64,000 nt of DNA. It comes from an uncultured bacterium (lineage in GTDB: Bacteria; Armatimonadota; Hebobacteria; CAIYQO01). Location of the stretch: the NCBI GenBank assembly GCA_964638715.1, contig CAZWZF010000003.1:70288-134287 (forward strand), written 5' to 3'. Made by a program: the position numbers and the translations under genes. The notes under the pieces are model-generated. The model was not told where the DNA came from, did no database searches, and was given only the letters and a program-made list of their open reading frames with translations. Shown here in pieces: positions 19,118 through 28,565 of the stretch (position 1 is its first letter; the number at the start of each line of letters is the position of its first letter).

Positions 19118-20404
19118 GTGAGCAGTATCGTTATTGTGGGAACTCAATGGGGTGATGAAGGCAAAGGCAGAGTAGTAGATGTCTATGCTGCTGATGCTGA
19201 AATGGTAGTTCGTTATCAAGGCGGCGATAACGCCGGCCATACCGTAAAAATCGGTGATGACAAATATGCATTACACCTTATACCGTCTGGCATTTTGCGA
19301 GGACGTCCGTCAATTTTAGGTAATGGTATGGTTATTAATCCTAAATCATTACTTAAAGAAATAGCTGATTTAGAAAGTAAAGGCGTAAATGTACGCCCAT
19401 TTATCTTCATTAGCGAAGATGCACACATGATAATGCCTTATCACATGGCGTTAGATGGTGCTTCAGAAAAAACTGCCGGTAATAAAAAAATCGGTACAAC
19501 ATTAAAAGGGATTGGTCCGGCATATACCGATAAAATGAGCAGAAATCATGGCATACGAATGGGTGATATGCACAATAAGGAATATTTCCGCACTCGTTTA
19601 AATTCTATTGTTGCTGATAAAAACCAGATATTAGAAAAAATATATGGTATGGATACGTTTAGCGCAGATGCGATTTATGATGAATATATGGGTTATTACG
19701 CTCAGATAAAAGATATGATTTGCGATACAGCACAAATTGTATGGGATTCTCTAAAAGCTGATAAATTTGTTGTATTTGAAGGTGCTAACGCAACTATGCT
19801 GGATATTGATCATGGTACATATCCATTCGTCACCTGCAGTACAGCTACAGCGGGTGGTGCAGCAGTTGGTAGTGGAGTCGGTCCAAAATTTATTGGAAGC
19901 TCGATTGGTGTTGTGAAAGCATATACCAGCAGAGTCGGCGAAGGTCCATTCCCAACAGAATTAAAAAATGAAATAGGTGACAAGATTCGTGAATTAGGCC
20001 ATGAATATGGTACAACAACTGGTCGGCCTCGTCGTTGCGGCTGGCTTGATGTTTGCGTGTTAAGAAAAGCTGCACGTTCTAATGGCCTGGATTATTTAGC
20101 TGTCACACACTTGGACATCTTAGATGAATTTGATGAGATACCTGTATGTATAGGTTATGAAATCGATGGCAAGGTGTTGGATATATTCCCGAGTGCATTA
20201 TGGAAGCTTGATAATGCTACTCCTGTTTATGAAGTAATGCCAGGTTGGAAAACTTCAACAGCTGATTGTCGTTCTTTTGATGAACTTCCCAAAAACGCTC
20301 AGAATTATTTGAACAGGTTATCAGAATTAGTAGAAGTTCCTGTATGTATGGTAACTGTAGGCAGTGAGAGATCTCAAACCATTGTAATGATTGATAAAGT
20401 TTAA
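19118..20404 (+). CDS. purA: adenylosuccinate synthetase
   Basis: GTQWGDEGKGR P-loop, GGDNAGHT; GTG start with AAGGAG RBS. Confidence 0.9.
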   Translation: MSSIVIVGTQWGDEGKGRVVDVYAADAEMVVRYQGGDNAGHTVKIGDDKYALHLIPSGILRGRPSILGNGMVINPKSLLKEIADLESKGVNVRPFIFISEDAHMIMPYHMALDGASEKTAGNKKIGTTLKGIGPAYTDKMSRNHGIRMGDMHNKEYFRTRLNSIVADKNQILEKIYGMDTFSADAIYDEYMGYYAQIKDMICDTAQIVWDSLKADKFVVFEGANATMLDIDHGTYPFVTCSTATAGGAAVGSGVGPKFIGSSIGVVKAYTSRVGEGPFPTELKNEIGDKIRELGHEYGTTTGRPRRCGWLDVCVLRKAARSNGLDYLAVTHLDILDEFDEIPVCIGYEIDGKVLDIFPSALWKLDNATPVYEVMPGWKTSTADCRSFDELPKNAQNYLNRLSELVEVPVCMVTVGSERSQTIVMIDKV

Positions 20405-20415
20405 TACTTAAAAAG

Positions 20416-20451
20416 AAAATCCCGCTTTGTAAATAAGCAAAGCGGGATTTT
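20416..20451. terminator. bidirectional rho-independent terminator between purA and typA
   Basis: AAAATCCCGCTTTG-loop-CAAAGCGGGATTTT, flanked by A/T runs on both sides. Confidence 0.7.
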
Positions 20452-20470
20452 CTATTTTGGTATATTAGAT

Positions 20471-22288
20471 TTATTTAGGTCTTTCATGAGCTTTCAAATA
20501 GCGCTTGCGCAATCTGATGGATTCAGGGGTCATTTCAACATATTCATCATCATTAATAAATTCTAACGAAGCTTCAAGTGACAAAATACGCGGAGGAGTA
20601 ATAGATACTGAAATATCGGATGAGCTTGCTCGCATATTTGTCAGCTTTTTAGGTCTGGTTATATTTACTACCAGGTCGTTATCGCGGCTATTTTCTCCAA
20701 CAATCATGCCTTCATATACTTCAGTTCCAGGTCCGATTAACATTTCAGACCTTTCCTGAATACTTCCAATCGCATACGCTGTTGTAAGTCCATGATTCAT
20801 ACTTATGATAACGCCACGTGAACGACGGATAACTTCACCTGATATGGGGGCATATTCCATAAATGTATGATGCATTATCCCGGTACCACGCGTGTCAGTT
20901 AAGAACTCAGTGCGATACCCAAAAATACCGCGGGCTGGAATACGATATAATAATCGGGTTAATCCTTCGTCATGAACTTTCATATCTATTAGTTCACCAC
21001 GTCGCGGCCCAAGTTTCTCCATTACTGCACCAACATAGGCTTCGGGTACATCAACAGATAATTCTTCGTATGGTTCGCATTCTTTGCCATCAATTATTCT
21101 GGTGATTACTTTTGGCATTGAAACCATGAACTCAAAGCCTTCGCGACGCATCGTTTCCATAAGGATGGTTAAATGTAATTCACCGCGACCTGAAACGCGA
21201 AATACATCTGGGGTTTCTGTTTCTTCAACGCGCAATGCGACATTTGATTGCAGTTCACGCATCAATCGGTCTCGAATATGACGACTGGTTAAGAACTTGC
21301 CTTCTTTGCCGGCGAATGGAGAGTTATTCACCATAAAATCAATTGTAACTGTTGGTTCATCAACAGCTATACCATCTAATGCTTCAGGGCTGCTTGGGTC
21401 GCAGATAGTAGCTCCTATCAATACTTCTTCTAAACCAGCTAAAGCAATGATTTCTCCCGCACCTGCGTGTTCGACTTCAACCTGATGCAGGTTTTCAAAA
21501 GTAAATAATTTGGTTACTTTTCCGCGTTCACTGGTACCATCAGTATATTGCGCAACGATTTGATCGCCATTTTTAACTATTCCGCGTTCAATTCTACCAA
21601 CTGCCATCTGTCCTAAGTATGGTGAATAATCAAGAGTAGAAATTAACATTTGGAATGGACCTTCCAAATTAACTTTTGGAGCAGGCACATTGGCAAGAAT
21701 TGTTTCGAATAACGGACGTAAATCAGGACTTTCTTCATCGGGATCATCAGAAGCTGTTCCAAATTTTGCGGATGCGAATACTGTAGGGAAATCAAGCTGT
21801 GCATCAGTGGCACTTAATTCAATAAAAAGATCAAAAACTTCATCATGCACCTGGTGTGGACGCGCTCCAGGACGGTCTATTTTATTTATAACCACAATTG
21901 GTCGCAAGCCTAAAGCAAGTGCTTTGCGTAAAACGAATCGTGTTTGCGGCATAGGTCCATCTGCTGCATCTACAAGAAGCAATACAGAATCTACCATTCG
22001 CAAAATGCGTTCAACCTCACCGCCAAAGTCGGCATGGCCAGGGGTGTCTACGATATTTATTTTCGTATCTTCCCACCATACCGAAGTATTTTTAGCAAGA
22101 ATGGTAATACCGCGCTCACGTTCAAGCGGGTTTGAATCCATCACTCTTTCTTCAATATGCTGATTGTCGCGGAAAGCACCAGCTTGTTTTAACATCTTAT
22201 CTACAAGGGTGGTTTTGCCGTGGTCAACGTGGGCGATGATCGCAATATTGCGAATTTTGTCCGGGGTGTTTATGTGTTCAAATGTCAT
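20471..22288 (-). CDS. typA: translational GTPase TypA/BipA
   Basis: AIIAHVDHGKTTL G1 motif; EF-G-like domain order; ~605 aa. Confidence 0.9.
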   Translation of the reverse strand: MTFEHINTPDKIRNIAIIAHVDHGKTTLVDKMLKQAGAFRDNQHIEERVMDSNPLERERGITILAKNTSVWWEDTKINIVDTPGHADFGGEVERILRMVDSVLLLVDAADGPMPQTRFVLRKALALGLRPIVVINKIDRPGARPHQVHDEVFDLFIELSATDAQLDFPTVFASAKFGTASDDPDEESPDLRPLFETILANVPAPKVNLEGPFQMLISTLDYSPYLGQMAVGRIERGIVKNGDQIVAQYTDGTSERGKVTKLFTFENLHQVEVEHAGAGEIIALAGLEEVLIGATICDPSSPEALDGIAVDEPTVTIDFMVNNSPFAGKEGKFLTSRHIRDRLMRELQSNVALRVEETETPDVFRVSGRGELHLTILMETMRREGFEFMVSMPKVITRIIDGKECEPYEELSVDVPEAYVGAVMEKLGPRRGELIDMKVHDEGLTRLLYRIPARGIFGYRTEFLTDTRGTGIMHHTFMEYAPISGEVIRRSRGVIISMNHGLTTAYAIGSIQERSEMLIGPGTEVYEGMIVGENSRDNDLVVNITRPKKLTNMRASSSDISVSITPPRILSLEASLEFINDDEYVEMTPESIRLRKRYLKAHERPK

Positions 22289-22370
22289 GTCTGCTTATTA
22301 TACCAATCTTTAGCACATTCTCTCAAGTTTTTATAAAATATGACGAAAAACTATATGTAAGGTAAAAAGA

Positions 22371-22697
22371 ATGAATAATATTGAAGCATTGCCAATAGAT
22401 ATAACAACTGCCGCAAGCAGCATTAATAAAAAATCAACACAAGATGATAAAGCGTTAAAAAAAGCTTGTGGTGAGTTTGAAGCATATTTTGTTGCATCAA
22501 TGTTAAAAGAGATGCGCCGTTCTGTACCTGAAGATGGCTTTTTTAAAAAATCTGAAGGTGAAAAGATATTTCAAGAAATGCTGGATGGTCAATATGCTGC
22601 AAAAATTGCTGAGTCTAAACCACTGGGGATAGCCGATTTGATGTATCGGCAATTAAGTCTGCCGAAAGTAGAAAAGAACCAGCGGGGTGAAGGATAA
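22371..22697 (+). CDS. flagellar rod-binding protein (FlgJ N-terminal-like, Rod_binding domain)
   Basis: ACGEFEAYFVASMLKEMRRS motif typical of the Rod-binding domain. Confidence 0.6.
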   Translation: MNNIEALPIDITTAASSINKKSTQDDKALKKACGEFEAYFVASMLKEMRRSVPEDGFFKKSEGEKIFQEMLDGQYAAKIAESKPLGIADLMYRQLSLPKVEKNQRGEG

Positions 22698-22739
22698 CCA
22701 ACGGATTAAAATAATTCTGAAAATATTTTCAGAAAACAC

Positions 22740-22767
22740 TAAAGTTGTTGCAAAAGTGTGCCGATAT
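22740..22767 (+). promoter_or_regulatory. sigma-28 (FliA) promoter TAAAGTTG-N-GCCGATAT upstream of flgM
   Basis: TAAA at 22740-22743, 16-nt spacer, GCCGATAT at 22760-22767; matches the TAAA-N15-GCCGATAA consensus. Confidence 0.65.
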
Positions 22768-22811
22768 AGTAAATGGTGCAGTTTTTGCCTGTGAAGTCGG
22801 AGGGTTAGATC

Positions 22812-23111
22812 ATGAGAATCACGGGATCACAAATTGGGCCCATTAATCCGGTTCAAGCGACCAAAGTTAAAAAGGTAACTGAAACTGCAGTTACTGCAGA
22901 TACCAGGTCAACGGATCAGGTTATGCTCTCCGCCGAAATGGAGACAATAGCAACCGCGAAAGCGGTAATTGCAAATGCTCCAGAAGTACGGCAGGACAAG
23001 GTGAATGCTTATAAGCAGCTTATCGAAGATGGTGATTATGTAATATCTTCAGATAAGATTGCCGATAAGATTATTTCCGAAGGTCGCCTGTCCAAAATCC
23101 TGCAGAAATAG
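22812..23111 (+). CDS. flgM: anti-sigma-28 factor FlgM
   Basis: C-terminal DKVNAYKQLIEDGDYVISSDKIADKII FlgM motif. Confidence 0.8.
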   Translation: MRITGSQIGPINPVQATKVKKVTETAVTADTRSTDQVMLSAEMETIATAKAVIANAPEVRQDKVNAYKQLIEDGDYVISSDKIADKIISEGRLSKILQK

Positions 23112-23126
23112 CAAGGGGAGAGTATC

Positions 23127-23618
23127 ATGGGCGCTAATGAAATATTAATCAACTTGCTGGAACACCAGCGAGGTGTATTAGCACGCCTTCGCGAGCTGAT
23201 AGATGAAGAAAGATCCTGCATACTTGATAGCAAAATTCACAGGCTGCAGGAAATCGTCGAAGAACAAAAGCTTGTATTGGCAGAACAAGCCAGATTATCT
23301 ACCCAGATAATACGATTACTTGATCGCATTGGTAATCAAATACATTCAGAAGAAACTTTTTCATTGTCAATGGTAATACAATATCTTCCTGAACCATCAG
23401 CATCTACAGTTGCTAATTATCAACGAGAATTAGCTACCGCTTTAATTGAAATTCAGCGCGAAGGAAGAATTAACTGGTATCTTGCACAACAAGCATTAAA
23501 ATATGTTGATTTCACTTTACGATTAATAAGTAATAATGGTACTCCCCAAACATATCAGGCAAGGCCTCAATCAGAACCTCGCCGTTCTGTTCGACTTTTA
23601 ATGGATAGTTGCGCCTAA
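23127..23618 (+). CDS. flgN: flagellar export chaperone FlgN-like
   Basis: Position between flgM and flgK; coiled-coil FlgN-like sequence. Confidence 0.55.
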   Translation: MGANEILINLLEHQRGVLARLRELIDEERSCILDSKIHRLQEIVEEQKLVLAEQARLSTQIIRLLDRIGNQIHSEETFSLSMVIQYLPEPSASTVANYQRELATALIEIQREGRINWYLAQQALKYVDFTLRLISNNGTPQTYQARPQSEPRRSVRLLMDSCA

Positions 23619-23635
23619 TGAAGCAGGAAAATTGA

Positions 23636-25012
23636 ATGTCAACATTTCAAATAATTAATACTGCTCTTTCCGGTTTAATTGCAAATCAACAGGCATTAGA
23701 AGTAACAAGTCATAACATAACTAATGCTAATACAGACGGTTATCATCGTCAGGCAGTAAAACTGGCATCTGCTACTTTGAATGGCGATGTTTCTAATCTT
23801 GGGAGTTTCACTTCACCGCTTGGTACTGGTGTTGATGTAGTAACTGTTAAACGGATGCAGGATGTTTTTTTGCAACAACAAACCAGACAATCAATGGCAC
23901 AGTCAGGTCGTTGGGATTCGGCATCTACAACTTTATCTCAATTAGAGAGTGCTTTATCACCCACTACTGATACAAATCTTTCTACCACATTAGATAATTT
24001 CTTCAATGCATGGCAATCATTTGCCAATAATCCCGAGGACCAGTCTGGTAGATTATCAGTCAGGTCATCTGCAGAAAACTTAACTAATTTCATCAACAGT
24101 ACAGTAACTGATTTAAATGCAATTGTTAGTGATATAGATTCAAATCTAAAGAGTCGGGTAAATGATGTAAATAATCTTGCAGAAACCATTGCAAAACAAA
24201 ATGTAATAATCGTTAATGGGCAAGCGCAAGGTATATCTGTTAATGATATCTTAGACCAGCGTGACCAATCAATGATGGAATTAACAAAGTTGACAGGAGC
24301 AACTGCGCATATTACAGACGATGGTGCGGCCTATATTGGCATGGATGGAAAAATGCTGGTACAAGGTACTTTACCTAATAGAGTTGGCATGGTTTCAGAC
24401 TTATCAGGTTCAAAGATTGTCTGGGCAGATGATAATTCTGAAATAAAGATATCAACTGGTGAAATAGGTGGTTTACTCGAATCACGAAATACAATCGTTC
24501 CTTCATTCCACACGCAACTTGATAATGTTGCTTTTACACTATCAAATACAATCAATAATCTCCATCGTCAGGGAATCAATCCTGCAGGTGATACATCTAT
24601 TAATTTTTTCACCGGCACAACTGCCGCAGACATCCGTGTTAGCGATTCAGTCATGAATGATGTAAATAGTATAGCAAGTACAAGAATTGCTGGTGCGTCG
24701 GGTGATGGCAGCTTAGCAACCGAGATTTCTGATTTATATCGCAAACCATTAATAGGCAGTTCAACATTAAACCAGGCATCTAATGCTATTATTACGCAAG
24801 TTGGTACAGCGATGCAGAATGCAAAAACAAACTCAGACGCATCGAATGCTTTAACAAAACAACTTCTTACTCAGGAGAAATCAACTTCTGGTGTTTCTTT
24901 GGATGAAGAATTAACTAATATGCTTCTTTACCAAAGATCGTACGATGCATCAGCAAAAGTATTGTCTACTGCTGACGAAATGCTGAAGACTCTTATAGAC
25001 AGGCTTGGGTAG
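23636..25012 (+). CDS. flgK: flagellar hook-associated protein 1
   Basis: N-terminal SGLIANQQALEVTSHNITNANTDGY; C-terminal flagellin-like heptads. Confidence 0.85.
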   Translation: MSTFQIINTALSGLIANQQALEVTSHNITNANTDGYHRQAVKLASATLNGDVSNLGSFTSPLGTGVDVVTVKRMQDVFLQQQTRQSMAQSGRWDSASTTLSQLESALSPTTDTNLSTTLDNFFNAWQSFANNPEDQSGRLSVRSSAENLTNFINSTVTDLNAIVSDIDSNLKSRVNDVNNLAETIAKQNVIIVNGQAQGISVNDILDQRDQSMMELTKLTGATAHITDDGAAYIGMDGKMLVQGTLPNRVGMVSDLSGSKIVWADDNSEIKISTGEIGGLLESRNTIVPSFHTQLDNVAFTLSNTINNLHRQGINPAGDTSINFFTGTTAADIRVSDSVMNDVNSIASTRIAGASGDGSLATEISDLYRKPLIGSSTLNQASNAIITQVGTAMQNAKTNSDASNALTKQLLTQEKSTSGVSLDEELTNMLLYQRSYDASAKVLSTADEMLKTLIDRLG

Positions 25013-25023
25013 GAGAAAATAAT

Positions 25024-25923
25024 ATGAGAATTCCTGATTCAATAATGACTTCATTCCTTGCTGATAATCTATCACAAGTTAATGATAAAATAGGACAGTT
25101 ACAATTACAAACAGCCAGTGGTAAACGGATAAATAAACCATCTGATGATCCATCGGGAATGTCTCAGGCATTAAATATGAAATCTGGACTGGCAAGAATT
25201 GACCAATTTCAGAAATCTGCCTCAAACGCTCAATTATGGATGAAATCAGAAGATGTTGCATTGAGCAATGTACAAGATATGATTCGCCAAGCTCGTACTA
25301 TTGCTTTACAAGCCGCAAATCCAATGTCAGATGCTGCGCGTGAGCCATTAGCTGAAAATATTAGTGCCTCGCGAGAAAGTATGGTTCAAATCGCAAATAC
25401 AAGTATTGGAACCCGCTTTATTTTCGGTGGTTTTAAGACTGATTCCAAGCTTTTTACTACCACAGGGGCAGCCGTTTCATATAATGGTGATGATGGAAAG
25501 ATATCTAATGCTATAGGTGAAGGTATTTCCGTTCAGATTAACCATACTGGCAATGAAGTATTTAACATGGATAGCTCTGATCCTTCAACCCCGGATTTGT
25601 TTTCTACTTTTAATCAGCTTTCAGATGCTATTAAAGCTAATGACCAAACAAAAATTCAATCGTTAATCGGTACTCTTGATAAATTTGGAACAAAAATTAA
25701 TTCATTAAGAGCAGAAAATGGTCAACGTTTGCAGCAAGTTCAACTTGGTATTGATCATTTAGACCAAAGTAAAATAACAACAACAAAGCTATTAAGTGAT
25801 ACTGAAGATGCTGATATCTCAGAAACTTTAGTTCATTTAAAAGAACAAGAAAATGTATTGCAAGCAACAAGTTATGTAACATCAACCCTTTCGAAGGCAA
25901 GCCTTCTTAATTGGTTGAGATAA
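25024..25923 (+). CDS. flgL: flagellar hook-associated protein 3
   Basis: Flagellin N/C-terminal helical domains; position after flgK. Confidence 0.8.
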   Translation: MRIPDSIMTSFLADNLSQVNDKIGQLQLQTASGKRINKPSDDPSGMSQALNMKSGLARIDQFQKSASNAQLWMKSEDVALSNVQDMIRQARTIALQAANPMSDAAREPLAENISASRESMVQIANTSIGTRFIFGGFKTDSKLFTTTGAAVSYNGDDGKISNAIGEGISVQINHTGNEVFNMDSSDPSTPDLFSTFNQLSDAIKANDQTKIQSLIGTLDKFGTKINSLRAENGQRLQQVQLGIDHLDQSKITTTKLLSDTEDADISETLVHLKEQENVLQATSYVTSTLSKASLLNWLR

Positions 25924-25949
25924 AGGTATAATAAAGGGGACAAATTATT

Positions 25950-26402
25950 ATGACACAAGCTTTGAAGGAAATGACTGCTATGCAGATCGAAACAACCAGA
26001 TTTGGAACTATTGAAGTTGAGCAAGGGGAAATGATTCATTTTCCTGAGGGTATGCTTGGCTTTGAGTCAGCGAGTGACTTTTGCATATTTAATCATGCGG
26101 AAGGAAGCCCATTCATTTGGATGCAATCAACAAATGAACCGGATCTTGCATTCGTACTTGTAGTTCCTTTCGATTTTTTCCCCGAATATGATTTTGACAT
26201 TAGTCAAAGTGATATTGATACTATTAATTTGGTGGATGTAGCTGATGTAGTTGTGTTTACTGTTGTTACCATATCTGATGGAAATGTTACGGCTAATTTA
26301 TCAGGACCTATTGTTATGAATGGAAAAAATCGTTTTGGGAAACAGATTGTATTATCAAATCCTACTTACAAAACAAGACACTCATTAGTGCAGCAAGGAT
26401 AA
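25950..26402 (+). CDS. fliW: flagellar assembly factor FliW
   Basis: FPEGMLGFE and PFIWMQS motifs. Confidence 0.85.
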   Translation: MTQALKEMTAMQIETTRFGTIEVEQGEMIHFPEGMLGFESASDFCIFNHAEGSPFIWMQSTNEPDLAFVLVVPFDFFPEYDFDISQSDIDTINLVDVADVVVFTVVTISDGNVTANLSGPIVMNGKNRFGKQIVLSNPTYKTRHSLVQQG

Positions 26403-26413
26403 TTAATTGACTC

Positions 26414-26458
26414 CACCCGCAGTATATCAAATTATTACTGCGGGTGTTTTTGTTTTTT
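26414..26458 (+). terminator. rho-independent terminator after fliW
   Basis: CACCCGCAGTA-loop-TACTGCGGGTG followed by TTTTTGTTTTTT. Confidence 0.75.
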
Positions 26459-26550
26459 GTACTTATGATTATTTGACCAGTGAGGGTTAAGATAGATATA
26501 ATAAAATGCAGTTGAAACACTGATTTTTTGAATATATGGACCATTATTAG

Positions 26551-28557
26551 ATGAAGTTCCTTTTACTTTTAAGCATATTTCTCCTATGCACTTTTATATC
26601 TGTTGCGCAGAATTATATTTTACGTGCCGATGCATCGCCAACTCGTGTTAATTATGGTTCTGATAACAACGTTAATATCATCGTTACTGTAAGCAATCCT
26701 GATGGAACTATGGTACCGAATAATACACTTATTTATTTTTATACTACTTTGGGATATATTCCGGAATTAGCATATACACAAAATGGTCGCGTGTCAGTGA
26801 TTTTAAGTAATAATGCAGGTCCTGGTATTGCTGATATAACATGTCAGGCCGGTGAGACACAAGCTAAAATACGTATTACATATATTGGCCAGGGAGAAAC
26901 TGCTCCCCCTACTGAAGCAAAACCTTTTTATGAATTGACCGGAAAGCAGCTATATTATAATTTCGATAATAAAGTTTTTGAAATATATGATAATGCACAA
27001 TTTTTATCTGCAGGATACATAATTAAAGCAAATGCAATGAATATAGATTCCATTCACGGAATAGTATTGGCGCGTGGCAAAATAATAATAACTGACAGTA
27101 AAAACACATTAACAGCCGAAGAAATTTATTTTGATTTTAATACAGGACAGGGATATGCTGTAACTTTGACAGATAATATGGGCTTTAAGTCATTTTCATT
27201 GCCTACATTAAAGTTTCAGGATGATCCAACTGCCAGAACACGTGATTATACAATACCAGAATCTCCTAAAACCGCTTCATGGATTGTTAGTAATAAAGCA
27301 ACTGTTTATCCTGGAGATTATATTTTATTTAAGACTCCTAAGTTCTATCTAAATAATTTCGATCATTGTTTATTAAGGTTACCTTATCATGTCTTGGATA
27401 TGCGTGCATCAGATGTCGGTGCATTATTTAATTTTAATATAGCGTTAACATCAAGTGCCGGGTTATATGTTGATTTCCCAGTTTATTATGATGCATCAAG
27501 CAGCCATGTCGGTTCAATCAAGTTTAGAAACGTTTTGCAAGGTTCTCCCAACTATCGTGGTTATGATGGCATACAGGTATCTGTTGAAGAGGAATACCGT
27601 ATTAATGATTCTGGTGATGGCGGTATATATTTTGATGATATTAATAGAAAAATTCGCTCTGTTTCATGGGACCATAGACAGGATTTTGGTGAAACAAGAT
27701 GCAATTTTAACAGTTCTTATTCCAGATATTCAGCGGCTTCACCATATACGACACATGCCGGCGTTTCTGTGTCTCGCGATTTAGGCGCAACAAATCTATA
27801 TTTATCTACATCTACCTCATTTTATGATAAAACAAACTCTGTAAGGTCTGACTTGTCTTTAGCACCACCGCCACTTCGATTTGGAAAGACTGGTTATGGT
27901 TTTACTTTTTCTCCATTTCTTGCTTATGATTTAAATAAATCAGTATCAAATACCGGCGTTGCGACTACTACTAATCTCACAAGTGAAGGCATACGCGCAG
28001 GTTTTAATACTCCTTCATACCGATTATTGGGTGGCAGTCTAAACCCACGTGTTAGTCAGGATATAACTAATGACTCAACCGGCATTACAAGTTCATCATT
28101 TGACAGCAGTTTAAGTTATAATCGTCAATTTGGGCAATTTATCTCGTCTTCACTTAACTATTCACATAGCAAAACCGTAAGCAACCGTGGTTCGGCAATG
28201 CCGGCTTCTCGTCGTTATAGTTTTAGTCTGACAGGAAACAGCCCGCGAGCCTGGAATGCATTTTTATATTCTTCATATTCTGTAGGTTCCGATATCTTTT
28301 ATCATAATGGTGGTTTTAATTATCAACTTCCCTGGGATAAATCAGCTTCTGGGCAGCGTCGTTGGACTACCACTGCTAATTTAAGTTATACTACAGGCAA
28401 AAATAGCAGCTTTAACGACAGTTACAGCATCGGACGCAGCCTGGGTGCTTATTCATTGATATTACATTATAGTCCTAAAGGGATTAACGGTTCAGCAGGT
28501 ATTGGTGCGTCCAGCGGTAAAAACTGGTCTTTGGAAGTTGCCCGAACATCATGGTAA
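26551..28557 (+). CDS. lptD: putative outer-membrane LPS-assembly protein, LptD/OstA-like (signal peptide, Ig-like N-region, S/T/N/Y-rich beta-barrel-like C-half)
   Basis: Signal peptide; SWIVSNKATVYPGDYILFKTPKFYLNNF resembles the LptD SWxV...FKxxPxFY region; C-terminal composition typical of OM barrels. Confidence 0.4.
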   Translation: MKFLLLLSIFLLCTFISVAQNYILRADASPTRVNYGSDNNVNIIVTVSNPDGTMVPNNTLIYFYTTLGYIPELAYTQNGRVSVILSNNAGPGIADITCQAGETQAKIRITYIGQGETAPPTEAKPFYELTGKQLYYNFDNKVFEIYDNAQFLSAGYIIKANAMNIDSIHGIVLARGKIIITDSKNTLTAEEIYFDFNTGQGYAVTLTDNMGFKSFSLPTLKFQDDPTARTRDYTIPESPKTASWIVSNKATVYPGDYILFKTPKFYLNNFDHCLLRLPYHVLDMRASDVGALFNFNIALTSSAGLYVDFPVYYDASSSHVGSIKFRNVLQGSPNYRGYDGIQVSVEEEYRINDSGDGGIYFDDINRKIRSVSWDHRQDFGETRCNFNSSYSRYSAASPYTTHAGVSVSRDLGATNLYLSTSTSFYDKTNSVRSDLSLAPPPLRFGKTGYGFTFSPFLAYDLNKSVSNTGVATTTNLTSEGIRAGFNTPSYRLLGGSLNPRVSQDITNDSTGITSSSFDSSLSYNRQFGQFISSSLNYSHSKTVSNRGSAMPASRRYSFSLTGNSPRAWNAFLYSSYSVGSDIFYHNGGFNYQLPWDKSASGQRRWTTTANLSYTTGKNSSFNDSYSIGRSLGAYSLILHYSPKGINGSAGIGASSGKNWSLEVARTSW

Positions 28558-28565
28558 TATAATAT

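Noticed and set aside
20505-22163. Multiple + strand ORFs (60-157 aa) opposite typA
   Set aside because: Antisense shadow ORFs within a highly conserved GTPase gene.
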